Source of the DNA: an uncultured Bacilli bacterium
GTDB lineage: Bacteria > Bacillota_I > Bacilli_A > RF39 > UBA660
DNA: 64,000 bases
NCBI GenBank assembly: GCA_944372195.1
Contig: CALVYK010000001.1
Coordinates: forward strand, 47,644-111,643
Direction: 5' to 3'
Part shown: piece after piece, positions 40,403-49,819 of the stretch
Layout of the letters: each line of letters begins with the position of its first letter
How positions within the stretch are numbered: position 1 is the first letter of the stretch
Notes under the pieces: model-generated
Database searches by the model: none
Seen by the model: only the letters and a program-made list of their open reading frames with translations
Told to the model about the DNA's origin: nothing
Translations under genes and position numbers: made by a program

Positions 40403-40431
40403 ACTGATAATAATGATTTATCAGTTTTTTT
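40401..40431 (+). terminator. intrinsic terminator
   Basis: AAACTGATAA taatgat TTATCAGTTT TTTT. Confidence 0.75.
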
Positions 40432-40504
40432 GTCTGTTAATGTAACATTTTAATATTTTAAAAATCATATAATTATGATATAATTGAAAATAAGGAAGTG
40501 AAAT

Positions 40505-41587
40505 ATGAAAGTTATTGTAAGTGCAGGTGGAACAGGTGGGCACATTTATCCTGCTTTAGCTATCATAAATAAAATAAAAGAAAGAGAACCTAATAGTGAG
40601 TTTTTATATATAGGTACTCACAATAGAATGGAAAAAGATATAATACCAAAATATAACATTCCTTTTAAACAAATTGAAATATATGGATTTAATAGGAAAC
40701 GTTTATTAAAAAATATAAAGACAGTTAAATGCTTAATAAAGGCAAATAAAGAGTGCAAAAAAATAATTAAATCTTTTAATCCTGATATAGTAATTGGTTT
40801 TGGAGGATATGTTACAGCGCCAGTTATTAAGATGGCTAAAAAGTTAGGATATAAAACATTTATTCATGAACAAAATAGTATTCCAGGTAAAGCTAATTTA
40901 TATTTAAGTAACTACGCCGATTTAATAGGTGTTTCATTTAAATCAAGTAAGGAATATTTTCCAAAAGATAAAACTATTCTAACAGGCAATCCTTGTGGGG
41001 AAGATGCCAAAAATGTGAAAGCTTGTGACAAAAAAGAATTTAATTTAAGCGAAAATAAAAAGTTGGTTTTATTTGTTATGGGATCATTAGGGGCTTCAAC
41101 TGTAAACGATTTTTTAATAAAAACAATGTCTTTATTTAATAACAAAGATTACGAAATATTGTTTGTTACTGGTAAAAATGATTATGAAAAAATAAAACAA
41201 ATTAATTTTCCAAGAAATATAAAAGTGGTTCCTTATATTGATAATATGAAACGAGTGATGAAAAAAACTGATGTTATGGTTACAAGAGCAGGAGCTAGTA
41301 CATTAAGTGAAATAATTTCTTTACAAATACCAAGCATAATTATTCCAAGTCCATTTGTACCTAATAATCATCAGTATAAAAATGCTTTAGATTTAGTAAA
41401 TAATGATGCTGCTATTATGATTGAAGAAAAGAATTTAAAGGGTGATATAATCGTTAGAACTATTGATAATTTAATAAATGATGAAAATAAACTATTAAAA
41501 ATGAAACATAATTTAGAAAAGTTACAAGTTAACAATAGTGCAACTATAATATATGAGAATTTAAAGAAAATAATAGATAGGAAGTAA
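40505..41587 (+). CDS. murG: UDP-GlcNAc:lipid I GlcNAc transferase
   Basis: N-terminus SAGGTGGHIYPALA. Confidence 0.9.
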   Translation: MKVIVSAGGTGGHIYPALAIINKIKEREPNSEFLYIGTHNRMEKDIIPKYNIPFKQIEIYGFNRKRLLKNIKTVKCLIKANKECKKIIKSFNPDIVIGFGGYVTAPVIKMAKKLGYKTFIHEQNSIPGKANLYLSNYADLIGVSFKSSKEYFPKDKTILTGNPCGEDAKNVKACDKKEFNLSENKKLVLFVMGSLGASTVNDFLIKTMSLFNNKDYEILFVTGKNDYEKIKQINFPRNIKVVPYIDNMKRVMKKTDVMVTRAGASTLSEIISLQIPSIIIPSPFVPNNHQYKNALDLVNNDAAIMIEEKNLKGDIIVRTIDNLINDENKLLKMKHNLEKLQVNNSATIIYENLKKIIDRK

Positions 41588-41591
41588 AATA

Positions 41592-42482
41592 ATGATTGAA
41601 AAATTAAAAAAATTAAAAGTTGGTAAAATTATTACTGATCCTAAGATGAGTAATTATACTACTTATAAAGTTGGAGGCAATGCTTTAGCAATTGTTTATC
41701 CAAATCATTTAAATGATTTGATCAAATTATTAGATTTTTTAAAAGAAAATGATATAAAACATAAAATATTAGGAAATGGTTCTAATTTAATTTTCTCTGA
41801 TGAAACTTATGATGGTGTATTAATTAAACTAACTGAATTTAACAACTTAGAAATAGATGATACAGTTATTACAGTAGGAGCCGGTTATAATTTACCTAAA
41901 TTATGTATGAAAGTAGCTAAATTAGGATTAGCTGGTTTAGAATTTGCGGCGGGTATACCTGGCACAATTGGAGGCGCTGTTTTTATGAATGCAGGCGCTT
42001 ATAAGTCTGATATGGGGTACGTTGTAAGTGAAGTTAAAGTAATAGATGAAAATTTAAATGTTAAAACACTTTATAATAAAGATTTAGATTTTCATTATCG
42101 CAGTAGTTATTTGCAAAAGCATAGAGATTTAATTTGTATTGAAGCAAAGATAGTTTTACGAAAAGGTGATGCTAAGGCAATAATGGATGTTATAGCGGAT
42201 AGGAAACAAAGAAGATTACTAACTCAGCCTTTAGAATATCCTTCTGCAGGAAGTGTATTTAGAAATCCTAAAAATGATTATGCCGGAAGATTAATAGAAG
42301 AATTAGGATATAAAGGGAAGAATATTGGTGGAGCATATGTTTCGGAAAAACATGCTAATTTTATTATCAATAAAGGTAATGCGACAGCTAGTGATGTAAG
42401 AAATTTAATTTGTGAAATCAAAGAAAAAGTAAAAGAAAAATATAATATAGATTTAATAGTAGAACAAGAATTTGTAGATTAG
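41592..42482 (+). CDS. murB: UDP-N-acetylenolpyruvoylglucosamine reductase
   Basis: FAD-binding and MurB C-terminal motifs (GNGSNL; SAGSVFRNP). Confidence 0.9.
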   Translation: MIEKLKKLKVGKIITDPKMSNYTTYKVGGNALAIVYPNHLNDLIKLLDFLKENDIKHKILGNGSNLIFSDETYDGVLIKLTEFNNLEIDDTVITVGAGYNLPKLCMKVAKLGLAGLEFAAGIPGTIGGAVFMNAGAYKSDMGYVVSEVKVIDENLNVKTLYNKDLDFHYRSSYLQKHRDLICIEAKIVLRKGDAKAIMDVIADRKQRRLLTQPLEYPSAGSVFRNPKNDYAGRLIEELGYKGKNIGGAYVSEKHANFIINKGNATASDVRNLICEIKEKVKEKYNIDLIVEQEFVD

Positions 42483-42490
42483 AGGTAATT

Positions 42491-43162
42491 ATGAAAAGTA
42501 AAAAGAAAAAAAGAAAAATTAGATATGATCGAATTTTTATATTTTTAGTTATTATAATTTTTATAGTAATTTCTTTTGCTTTTCTTTTTAATTTAAAAAT
42601 ATCAAATATATATATATTAAATAATAGTTTTTTAACTGATCAAGAAATAATTGAAATAGCTGGCATTAGTGATTATCCAGAAACTTTAAAAAATTTAAGT
42701 GTTCAAATTGAAGATAGATTAAAAAACAATATATATATAAAAGATGTAAAAGTTTATAAAAAAGGTTTAACCAAAGTATATATTGATGTTGTTGAAAATA
42801 AACCATTGTTTTATTACGAATCATCTAAAAAAACTATTTTAATGGATGGAAAGGAAACAAATGAAAAATTTGTTGTACCAACAGTTATCAACTATATTAC
42901 AGATAATTATTATGATGCTTTTATAAATGAAATGGCAAATATTGATGAAGATGTTTTGAAAAGAATATCTGAGATTCAATTTTCACCTAATGATGTTGAT
43001 GATAATCGCTTTTTATTAACAATGACAGATGGAAATTATGTTTATGTTAATATCAACACCTTTAATAAATTAAATAAATATATTTCAATTATAGAAGAAT
43101 TACCAAATAAAAATGGTATATTATATTTAGATTATGGTAATAATTTTGAAATTATTGAATAA
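42491..43162 (+). CDS. divIB: cell division protein DivIB/FtsQ
   Basis: Single TM helix plus POTRA-like region; position in the dcw cluster. Confidence 0.7.
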   Translation: MKSKKKKRKIRYDRIFIFLVIIIFIVISFAFLFNLKISNIYILNNSFLTDQEIIEIAGISDYPETLKNLSVQIEDRLKNNIYIKDVKVYKKGLTKVYIDVVENKPLFYYESSKKTILMDGKETNEKFVVPTVINYITDNYYDAFINEMANIDEDVLKRISEIQFSPNDVDDNRFLLTMTDGNYVYVNINTFNKLNKYISIIEELPNKNGILYLDYGNNFEIIE

Positions 43163-43216
43163 TAATCTTTTCTTTTTTTAAAAAATATTGTATAATTAAT
43201 GATAGTAGGTGAGTGC

Positions 43217-44437
43217 ATGCGACATATATATACTTGTATTGATATTGGATCAGATAGTATTAAAATTATAGTATGTGAATTATATCAAAATAGATATAAT
43301 CTTTTAGCGAGTTCTACTATAAAATCAAAAGGAATAAAAAAAGGATTAATCACGGATATAAACGAAGCTAAAAATTGTATAAAAAGTGGTTTTGATGAAT
43401 TAGAGACTATGTTAGGTTTCAAAATAAAAAAAGTAATTGCAATTATTCCAAGCTATTTTTCTGAATTTAATATGATTAAAGGTGAAGTTGTAATTAATGA
43501 TGTAGTTAGAGGAAGCGATATCATAAAAGTACTACAGACTGCTATGAAAGAAAATGATCCTACAAAAGAGATGGTAACAATTATTCCAATCGACTTTACA
43601 ACTGATAATGAAGTAACCAAATTTCCTTTAGGAAAAACATGTTCACTTTTAAAATCTAGGGCAATTATGGTTACAACTCCAAAAAAGAATATTTATTCAG
43701 TTATTAATCTGTTAAATAGCATGGGAATTGAAGTTATTGACATTTCTTTAGGCTGTATTGGTGATATTAATACTTTTATGGATGAAAAAATAGAAAAATG
43801 TATAAGTGCCGTTATAAATATCGGTGCTGAAAAAACAGAAGTTTCGTTATATAATAAAGGTATTATTGTAAAACATGGCATTATAAATATGGGAAGTAAA
43901 AATGTTGATCATGATATCTCGTATATGTATAAAGTTGATTTAGAAACGGCTAAGATGCTAAAAGAAAAATTTTCATCAGCCAGTCGTACTAGTGCATCTT
44001 TAAATGAAACAAAAGAAGTAAAATGTAAGGATGGACAAGTTATAAATATAAATCAGTATGAATTAAGCGAAATTGTAATTTCAAGATTAGATGAAATATT
44101 AACTTTAGCTAATCAAGAAATTAATAAATTAACTTCACACAAACCAGAAATTATATATATTACTGGTGGTATTACTAATATGAATAATTTTCAGCAATTT
44201 AGTAGAGAAAAACTAGGAAAGTGTGTTATAATAGGAAGTGTAAATTTAATTGGTTTAAGAAACAATAAATTTTCATCAGCTATTGGTAATATTATATATT
44301 TTGTAAATAAACTTAAATTAAAAGGAAAAGATTATTCAATGATTACGAATGATGAAATGGAAATTTTATCAACACCTAGAAAGAATACGAACGATTCTAT
44401 GTTAGGGAAGATATTTGGATATTTCTTTGGCGAATAA
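43217..44437 (+). CDS. ftsA: cell division protein FtsA
   Basis: Actin-like fold (IDIGSDSIKI); -10 TGTATAAT at 43187-94 places the transcription start after the ORF-track start. Confidence 0.88.
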   Translation: MRHIYTCIDIGSDSIKIIVCELYQNRYNLLASSTIKSKGIKKGLITDINEAKNCIKSGFDELETMLGFKIKKVIAIIPSYFSEFNMIKGEVVINDVVRGSDIIKVLQTAMKENDPTKEMVTIIPIDFTTDNEVTKFPLGKTCSLLKSRAIMVTTPKKNIYSVINLLNSMGIEVIDISLGCIGDINTFMDEKIEKCISAVINIGAEKTEVSLYNKGIIVKHGIINMGSKNVDHDISYMYKVDLETAKMLKEKFSSASRTSASLNETKEVKCKDGQVININQYELSEIVISRLDEILTLANQEINKLTSHKPEIIYITGGITNMNNFQQFSREKLGKCVIIGSVNLIGLRNNKFSSAIGNIIYFVNKLKLKGKDYSMITNDEMEILSTPRKNTNDSMLGKIFGYFFGE

Positions 44438-44449
44438 GGGAGGATATAC

Positions 44450-45496
44450 ATGTTTGGATTAGAAATGGATCAATTAGCTAATATAAAAGTAATCGGTGTT
44501 GGTGGTGGTGGTAATAACGCTGTAAACCGTATGATAGAATCAGGAGTGCAAGGTGTTGACTTTATAGTTGCTAATACAGACTTACAAGTTTTAAATAAGT
44601 CAAAAGCGCCTGTTAAAATACAAATTGGTACAGATTTAACTAATGGCTTAGGTGCTGGTGCCAATCCGCAAATAGGAAAAGAAGCTGCTTTAGAAAGTAA
44701 AAATGATATCGAAGAAGCTTTAAAAGGTGCTGATATGGTATTTGTTACTTGCGGTATGGGTGGTGGAACAGGTACTGGAGCAGCACCTGTCATTGCCGAT
44801 ATTGCTCAAAGCTTAGGAGCTTTAACAGTAGGTATTGTTACTAAACCATTTAGCTTTGAAGGTAGAAAAAGAATGCAACAAGCTGTTTCAGGTTTAGAAG
44901 AATTAAAGAAACATGTTGATACTTTAATTGTTATACCAAATGATAGATTAAGAGAAATAATCGATAAAACTACACCTTTATTAGATTCATTTAAAGAAGT
45001 TGATAATGTATTAAGAAGAGGTGTTCAATCAATAAGTGACTTAATCGCTGTAGCAGGGTTAATTAACTTGGACTTTGCTGATGTTAAAGCTGTTATGGAA
45101 AAAAGAGGAAATGCTTTAATTGGTATTGGTATGGGTGTTGGTGAAGATAGAGCTAAAGAAGCCGCTTTACAAGCTGTATCTAGTCCATTATTGGAAACAG
45201 GTATAAGTGGAGCAACTGATGCAATTATAAACGTAACAGGTGGCGCCAATTTAACTTTATTTGAAGTAGAAGAAGCTGCTGAAGTTATAAGACAAAATGC
45301 TAATACCGATATTAATACAATATTTGGAGCGGTTATTAATGAGAATTTAAATGATGAATTGATCGTAACTGTTATTGCAACTGGTTTTGAAGAAGAAAAA
45401 CCAGCCCTTCATTCTTATCAAACTACAACTTATAGTACTGATGACGATTCAGATGATGCTGATGTTCCATCATTCTTAAGAAATAGAGGATTTTAA
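44450..45496 (+). CDS. ftsZ: cell division protein FtsZ
   Basis: Tubulin signature GGGTGTG; N-terminus [15 protein letters not shown]. Confidence 0.95.
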   Translation: MFGLEMDQLANIKVIGVGGGGNNAVNRMIESGVQGVDFIVANTDLQVLNKSKAPVKIQIGTDLTNGLGAGANPQIGKEAALESKNDIEEALKGADMVFVTCGMGGGTGTGAAPVIADIAQSLGALTVGIVTKPFSFEGRKRMQQAVSGLEELKKHVDTLIVIPNDRLREIIDKTTPLLDSFKEVDNVLRRGVQSISDLIAVAGLINLDFADVKAVMEKRGNALIGIGMGVGEDRAKEAALQAVSSPLLETGISGATDAIINVTGGANLTLFEVEEAAEVIRQNANTDINTIFGAVINENLNDELIVTVIATGFEEEKPALHSYQTTTYSTDDDSDDADVPSFLRNRGF

Positions 45497-45520
45497 AGTT
45501 TAAGAAATTAAACTTTTTTT
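45495..45520 (+). terminator. intrinsic terminator after ftsZ
   Basis: AAGTTTAA gaaa TTAAACTT TTTTT. Confidence 0.75.
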
Positions 45521-45570
45521 GTTCAAAATTTTTAATAGAAAATTAAATAAAATAGGAAATTGCAAAAAAA

Positions 45571-45636
45571 CTGCAATTTTTTTTAAATCTTGCAGGAAAT
45601 CACCATACTTTTTGCTAATAAAACTAATAGGAGGTG
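45571..45636 (+). repeat. 65-bp direct repeat A (copy of the bacteriocin-transporter leader)
   Basis: TGCAATTTTTTTTaaatCTTGCAGGAA...AGGAGGTGA; about 75% identical to 46506-46573. Confidence 0.6.
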
Positions 45637-45681
45637 ATTTAAATAAAAAAATTTTATACCGCAAGACATGAACCTATTTTT

Positions 45682-46470
45682 ATGTATGCTGCAGTTAAAA
45701 AACAATTCTTAATAGCTATTTTAGAGCCAATATTAGATAAAAAAATTGAAGATTTAGAACTGTTAAATCCAAATTTAGTTCAAGATTATTTTAGATTAAG
45801 AGGGCAAAGATTAGATTTGTTAGTAAAAACAAAAGATGAGGTAATTAATGTTGAATTGAATACTAATTATAGTGAAGAAATAAAAATAAGAAATTTACAT
45901 TACATTTTTAAGTTAGCAAGCCTTAATACAGAAAGAGGGAATAAATACAAAGTAGGTTATTCGATAATTCAAGTAAATCTAAATTTTTATAATAGTAAAT
46001 ACGAAAAAAGTATCTACACATTATATGATAAAATAAATAAAATAGAATTAACCGATTATATAAAAATATATAATGTAGGTATAGACAAATACATAAAAAA
46101 CTATTATAATAATGATAAGAAGTTTACTAAAGGTGAAGAAGCATTAATCATGCTAGATTTGGGTAAACAAGGTTTAGAAGAATTATCAGAAAAGAGTGAT
46201 ATAGTGAATAATTTTAAAGAAGAAGTAATAAAAGCTAACAATGATGAGTTTATAGTAGATTGGATAAGTCGTGAAGAGGAGCAAAAGCAATATGAAGAAG
46301 TAATGTATGAAAAAGGACTTAATCAAGGATTATCTGAAGGAAAACAAGAAGGAATTGAACAGACTAAAATTGATGTGGCAAAAGAAATGTTAGAATTAAA
46401 TATGGATTTAGAAACAATAAGTAAAGTAACTAAATTAGCTAAAGAACAAATTGAAAGTTTAAAAAATTAA
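45682..46470 (+). CDS. Rpn/YhgA-like PD-(D/E)XK recombination-promoting nuclease / putative transposase family protein
   Basis: RLDLLVK...INVELN core and the charged C-terminal repeat region typical of Rpn-family proteins. Confidence 0.55.
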   Translation: MYAAVKKQFLIAILEPILDKKIEDLELLNPNLVQDYFRLRGQRLDLLVKTKDEVINVELNTNYSEEIKIRNLHYIFKLASLNTERGNKYKVGYSIIQVNLNFYNSKYEKSIYTLYDKINKIELTDYIKIYNVGIDKYIKNYYNNDKKFTKGEEALIMLDLGKQGLEELSEKSDIVNNFKEEVIKANNDEFIVDWISREEEQKQYEEVMYEKGLNQGLSEGKQEGIEQTKIDVAKEMLELNMDLETISKVTKLAKEQIESLKN

Positions 46471-46505
46471 CAAAAAATTAAAAAAACAAAAAAATTTCAT
46501 TTTAT

Positions 46506-46573
46506 TGCAATTTTTTTTATTTTCTTGCAGGAATTCGATATAGCCTTGGCTAATATAACTAGTAGGGAGGTAA
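46506..46573 (+). repeat. 65-bp direct repeat B (native leader of the bacteriocin ABC transporter)
   Basis: TGCAATTTTTTTTattttCTTGCAGGAA...GGGAGGTA immediately before GTG 46578. Confidence 0.6.
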
Positions 46574-46577
46574 AAAA

Positions 46578-48614
46578 GTGTTTAAAAGAATTAAGCAAGA
46601 AGGTTTTAAAGATTGTGGTCCAAGTAGTTTACTTACTATAATTAAACATTACAAAGGTTATATTGACATAAATGATTTAAAAGAAATGTGTAAAACAGAT
46701 AAATCTGGAACAACTGCCTATCATTTAATTGAAGCTAGTAAAAAACTAGGATTTGAAAGTTATGGTATTAGATGTAATTTAAACGATTTAAAAAAAGAAA
46801 ACGTAATACTTCCTTGTATTGCTCATGTAATTATAAATAACTCCTACAATCATTATGTTGTAATTGAAAAAATAGATTTTAAGAAAAAAAAGCTATTAAT
46901 TAACGATCCAATTGGAAAACGTAAATTTTGCTCGTATGAAGAATTTGATAAAATATTTAATAATATTTTGATTTATTTATACCCTATAAAAAAAATAATA
47001 AATATCCCTAATAATTCATATATAAAATTTTTTCAAGAAATAATAAAATCCTCAACAAATCAATTGGTTCAAGTTATTGTTATATCTATTTTTATTACAA
47101 TATTTTCTATTATCTCATCATTTTATATGCAATACATGATCGATAATATTATGTTTTCTAAGCAAAAAATTATACTTATTTTTATAATCTTTTTAATTGT
47201 TTATTTACTTAAAATCATATCAGATTTTTTTAGAAATAAAATTTTGATTATAATTAATCAAAAAGTTGATTTTAATCTTACTTTTAATACTTTTAAACAA
47301 ATTATTAACCTTCCTTATCGTTACTATAAAAATAATACAACTGGTGAAATAATATCAAAAATAAATGATCTAGAAGCTGTAAGAGAAGTGATTTCTAAAG
47401 TAGCTTTGAGTTTATTTATTGATTTGCCTTTAACAATTTTATCTTTAATAATTATGTATATGTTAAGTGATACTTTATTTTTCATAAGTTTAATTATTAT
47501 GCTTTTATATTTATTTATAATTATTATATTTCAAAATAAATTTAATAATTTAATAGATGAAGCAACACTAGATAAAGCATCTGTTACATCATACATGGTT
47601 GAATCTATTAATGGCTATGAAACAATAAAAGGATGTAATATGGAAGGTAAAATTATTCATAATTTTGAAGATAAATATGCTACTTATTCTAATAAAATAA
47701 ATGAATTAGATAGTTGTTACAATTATCAATATTTGCTAAAAGAATTAATAAATAATATAGGTTTTATAATTATTATATTAGTTGGAATATTTTTAGTAAT
47801 GGATAATAAAATAACACTTGGTTCATTATTGTCATTTAATTCTTTACTTATTTATTTTTTAAGTCCTATTAGAAACATTATTGATTTAGATAATAATTTA
47901 AGACAAGCTAAAATATCTATTAAAAAAATATTATATTTATATTATAAAAAAAATAATTTTCAATTTGAACAAGTTATAGGAGATATAGAATTTAAAAATT
48001 TAACTTATAGTTTTGATGACGTAAATAATGTTTTATCTAATATTAATTTAAAAATTAAAAATAAAAGTAAAGTTATGGTATTAGGAAGTAGTGGTAGTGG
48101 GAAAAGTACTTTATTTAAAATTTTAAAACAAAATTATGAAATTAAAAGAGATAAAGTATATATTAATGGTGTTGATATTAACGATTACAAATTAAATAAT
48201 ATTGTTTATGTATCACAAAATGAAATATTATTTTCTGATACAATTGAAAATAATATTGGTAACGATATTTATAAAGTATCTAAAATATGTTTGGTTGATG
48301 AAATAGTAAAAAAAACACAATTGGGTTATAAAACTTTGATTGAAGAAAATGGTTTTAATTTATCGGGTGGTGAGAAACAAAGAATTATTTTAAGTAGGGC
48401 TTTAGCTAATCCTTTTGATATTTTAATAATAGACGAAGGATTAAGTCAGGTTGATACAAATATGGAAAGAGTAATTATAAAAAATATTTTAAAAGAATAT
48501 CAAGATAAAACAATAATTTTTATATCACATAGATTAGATAATATTGATTTATTTAATCAAGTTATAAAAATAGAGAAAGGAAAAATAATTGATGATTTAT
48601 CCAAAAATATATAA
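46578..48614 (+). CDS. peptidase C39 bacteriocin-processing/secretion ABC transporter (GTG start)
   Basis: C39 motif KDCGPSSLLTI; six TM helices; Walker A GSSGSGKST; signature LSGGEKQR. Confidence 0.88.
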   Translation: MFKRIKQEGFKDCGPSSLLTIIKHYKGYIDINDLKEMCKTDKSGTTAYHLIEASKKLGFESYGIRCNLNDLKKENVILPCIAHVIINNSYNHYVVIEKIDFKKKKLLINDPIGKRKFCSYEEFDKIFNNILIYLYPIKKIINIPNNSYIKFFQEIIKSSTNQLVQVIVISIFITIFSIISSFYMQYMIDNIMFSKQKIILIFIIFLIVYLLKIISDFFRNKILIIINQKVDFNLTFNTFKQIINLPYRYYKNNTTGEIISKINDLEAVREVISKVALSLFIDLPLTILSLIIMYMLSDTLFFISLIIMLLYLFIIIIFQNKFNNLIDEATLDKASVTSYMVESINGYETIKGCNMEGKIIHNFEDKYATYSNKINELDSCYNYQYLLKELINNIGFIIIILVGIFLVMDNKITLGSLLSFNSLLIYFLSPIRNIIDLDNNLRQAKISIKKILYLYYKKNNFQFEQVIGDIEFKNLTYSFDDVNNVLSNINLKIKNKSKVMVLGSSGSGKSTLFKILKQNYEIKRDKVYINGVDINDYKLNNIVYVSQNEILFSDTIENNIGNDIYKVSKICLVDEIVKKTQLGYKTLIEENGFNLSGGEKQRIILSRALANPFDILIIDEGLSQVDTNMERVIIKNILKEYQDKTIIFISHRLDNIDLFNQVIKIEKGKIIDDLSKNI

Positions 48615-49047
48615 TAACTTCTCTTATATTTTAAATAAAAAAACATCACTATCAATCTTTTTATGGATAATATTATTAATTATAAGTTTGATTATATTTA
48701 TAATTATCTCTTTAAAATATGAGTATTATTTATATCAATCATATTTTGGATATGTAAAAAAAATAGATGATTCATTTTATACATTTATTTATGTTCCAAA
48801 AGATAAAGTAAATGAATTATCAAGTAGTAATTTATTAGTGGATAATAGTGATTATAGTTTTGAAATTGTTTCAATAAGTGAAGAATATTTTATTATTGAT
48901 AATAAAACTTGTTACCAAGTAATATTAGATTTTGATTTGAAAGATGAATATCAGATTGAAAATAATATTATTGATATCGTTTTAAAAAATAATAGAACAA
49001 CACTTTATCAAGAATTAAAGAAAGGAATAAAGAAATGGAAAAGTTAG
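48589..49047 (+). CDS. short bacteriocin-secretion accessory protein (HlyD/LcnD-like N-terminal part only)
   Basis: Single TM helix then a beta-rich region; 152 aa, against about 450 aa for canonical accessory proteins. Confidence 0.45.
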   Translation: MMIYPKIYNNFSYILNKKTSLSIFLWIILLIISLIIFIIISLKYEYYLYQSYFGYVKKIDDSFYTFIYVPKDKVNELSSSNLLVDNSDYSFEIVSISEEYFIIDNKTCYQVILDFDLKDEYQIENNIIDIVLKNNRTTLYQELKKGIKKWKS

Positions 49048-49169
49048 AAACTAAAGAATTACAAAAAATATCCGGTGGCGGATTAGGTTTAGGTTTATTA
49101 ATAGGAGCTGGTGTTATATTTTTAATCGGTGTTATTGATGGCTATATAAGGCCACTAAAATGTAACTAG
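49035..49169 (+). CDS. double-glycine-leader bacteriocin peptide 1 (MEKLETKELQKISGG | GLGLGLLIGAGVIFLIGVIDGYIRPLKCN)
   Basis: Canonical LxxxELxxIxGG leader; GxxxG-rich hydrophobic core. Confidence 0.8.
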   Translation: MEKLETKELQKISGGGLGLGLLIGAGVIFLIGVIDGYIRPLKCN

Positions 49170-49179
49170 GAGGTGAAAT

Positions 49180-49341
49180 ATGTTAGAAAAAGAAGAATTG
49201 TTACAAATAGTAGGTGGAATTAGTATTACAGGTAGCTTATTAAGTTCAATTTATAAAGGAATTAATTCGATAATGGATGTGGGAAGAAGTTTAGGAAGCG
49301 CAATTAGAAGAGCAATATCAGGTTCAATGTGTCCAGTATAA
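49180..49341 (+). CDS. double-glycine-leader bacteriocin peptide 2 (MLEKEELLQIVGG | ISITGSLLSSIYKGINSIMDVGRSLGSAIRRAISGSMCPV)
   Basis: RBS AGGAGGTGA; GG leader. Confidence 0.8.
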   Translation: MLEKEELLQIVGGISITGSLLSSIYKGINSIMDVGRSLGSAIRRAISGSMCPV

Positions 49342-49484
49342 TAAGAAATCATTATAAACAAATCATATTAACTGTTATAATAATTTGTTTATTGCCTTTA
49401 TTTCCTATATGTGTCGAAATAATATTTAAGTTTGGTAATTTAATAGGTTCTTCTATTAGATGTTTAACTTCTTGTCCAGTATAA
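49329..49484 (+). pseudogene. degenerate third bacteriocin-like ORF or small hydrophobic immunity-like peptide (possible GTG start)
   Basis: C-terminus ...FKFGNLIGSSIRCLTSCPV is homologous to the peptide 2 C-terminus GRSLGSAIRRAISGSMCPV; no GG leader, no RBS. Confidence 0.3.
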
Positions 49485-49590
49485 AAGAATGACAAAAATC
49501 ATTCTTTTTCTTTATTTTTAATAAAAAACTATTGTAAAATAAAGAAAAAGGTGATATAATCTCAAGTAGTTGTGTGGAAGGAGGGATCAT

Positions 49591-49782
49591 ATGTCAAAAG
49601 TTGTAGTTAAAAATGGTAATGTTGATGGTGCATTAAAAATGTTTAAACAAAAAAATGTTAAAGATGGCCTCCTAAAAGAAGTAAGAAAAAGAGAACACTA
49701 TAGTAAACCAGGAGAAAGAAGAAGAGAAGCTAAAAAAGAAGCTATTAAAAATAGTCGTCGTCGTGAAAGAAATTATAATTAA
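49591..49782 (+). CDS. rpsU: 30S ribosomal protein S21
   Basis: MSKVVVKNG...; RBS GGAAGGAGGG. Confidence 0.9.
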   Translation: MSKVVVKNGNVDGALKMFKQKNVKDGLLKEVRKREHYSKPGERRREAKKEAIKNSRRRERNYN

Positions 49783-49819
49783 GCCTTTGGGCTTTTTTAA
49801 TATAAGAAAGGGATAATAT

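Noticed and set aside
43199-43216. Longer N-terminal starts for ftsA (43199), murD (50324), murE (36321) and the response regulator (7714)
   Set aside because: In each case a good -10 element or RBS lies inside the extension, and the conserved N-terminus begins at the internal ATG.
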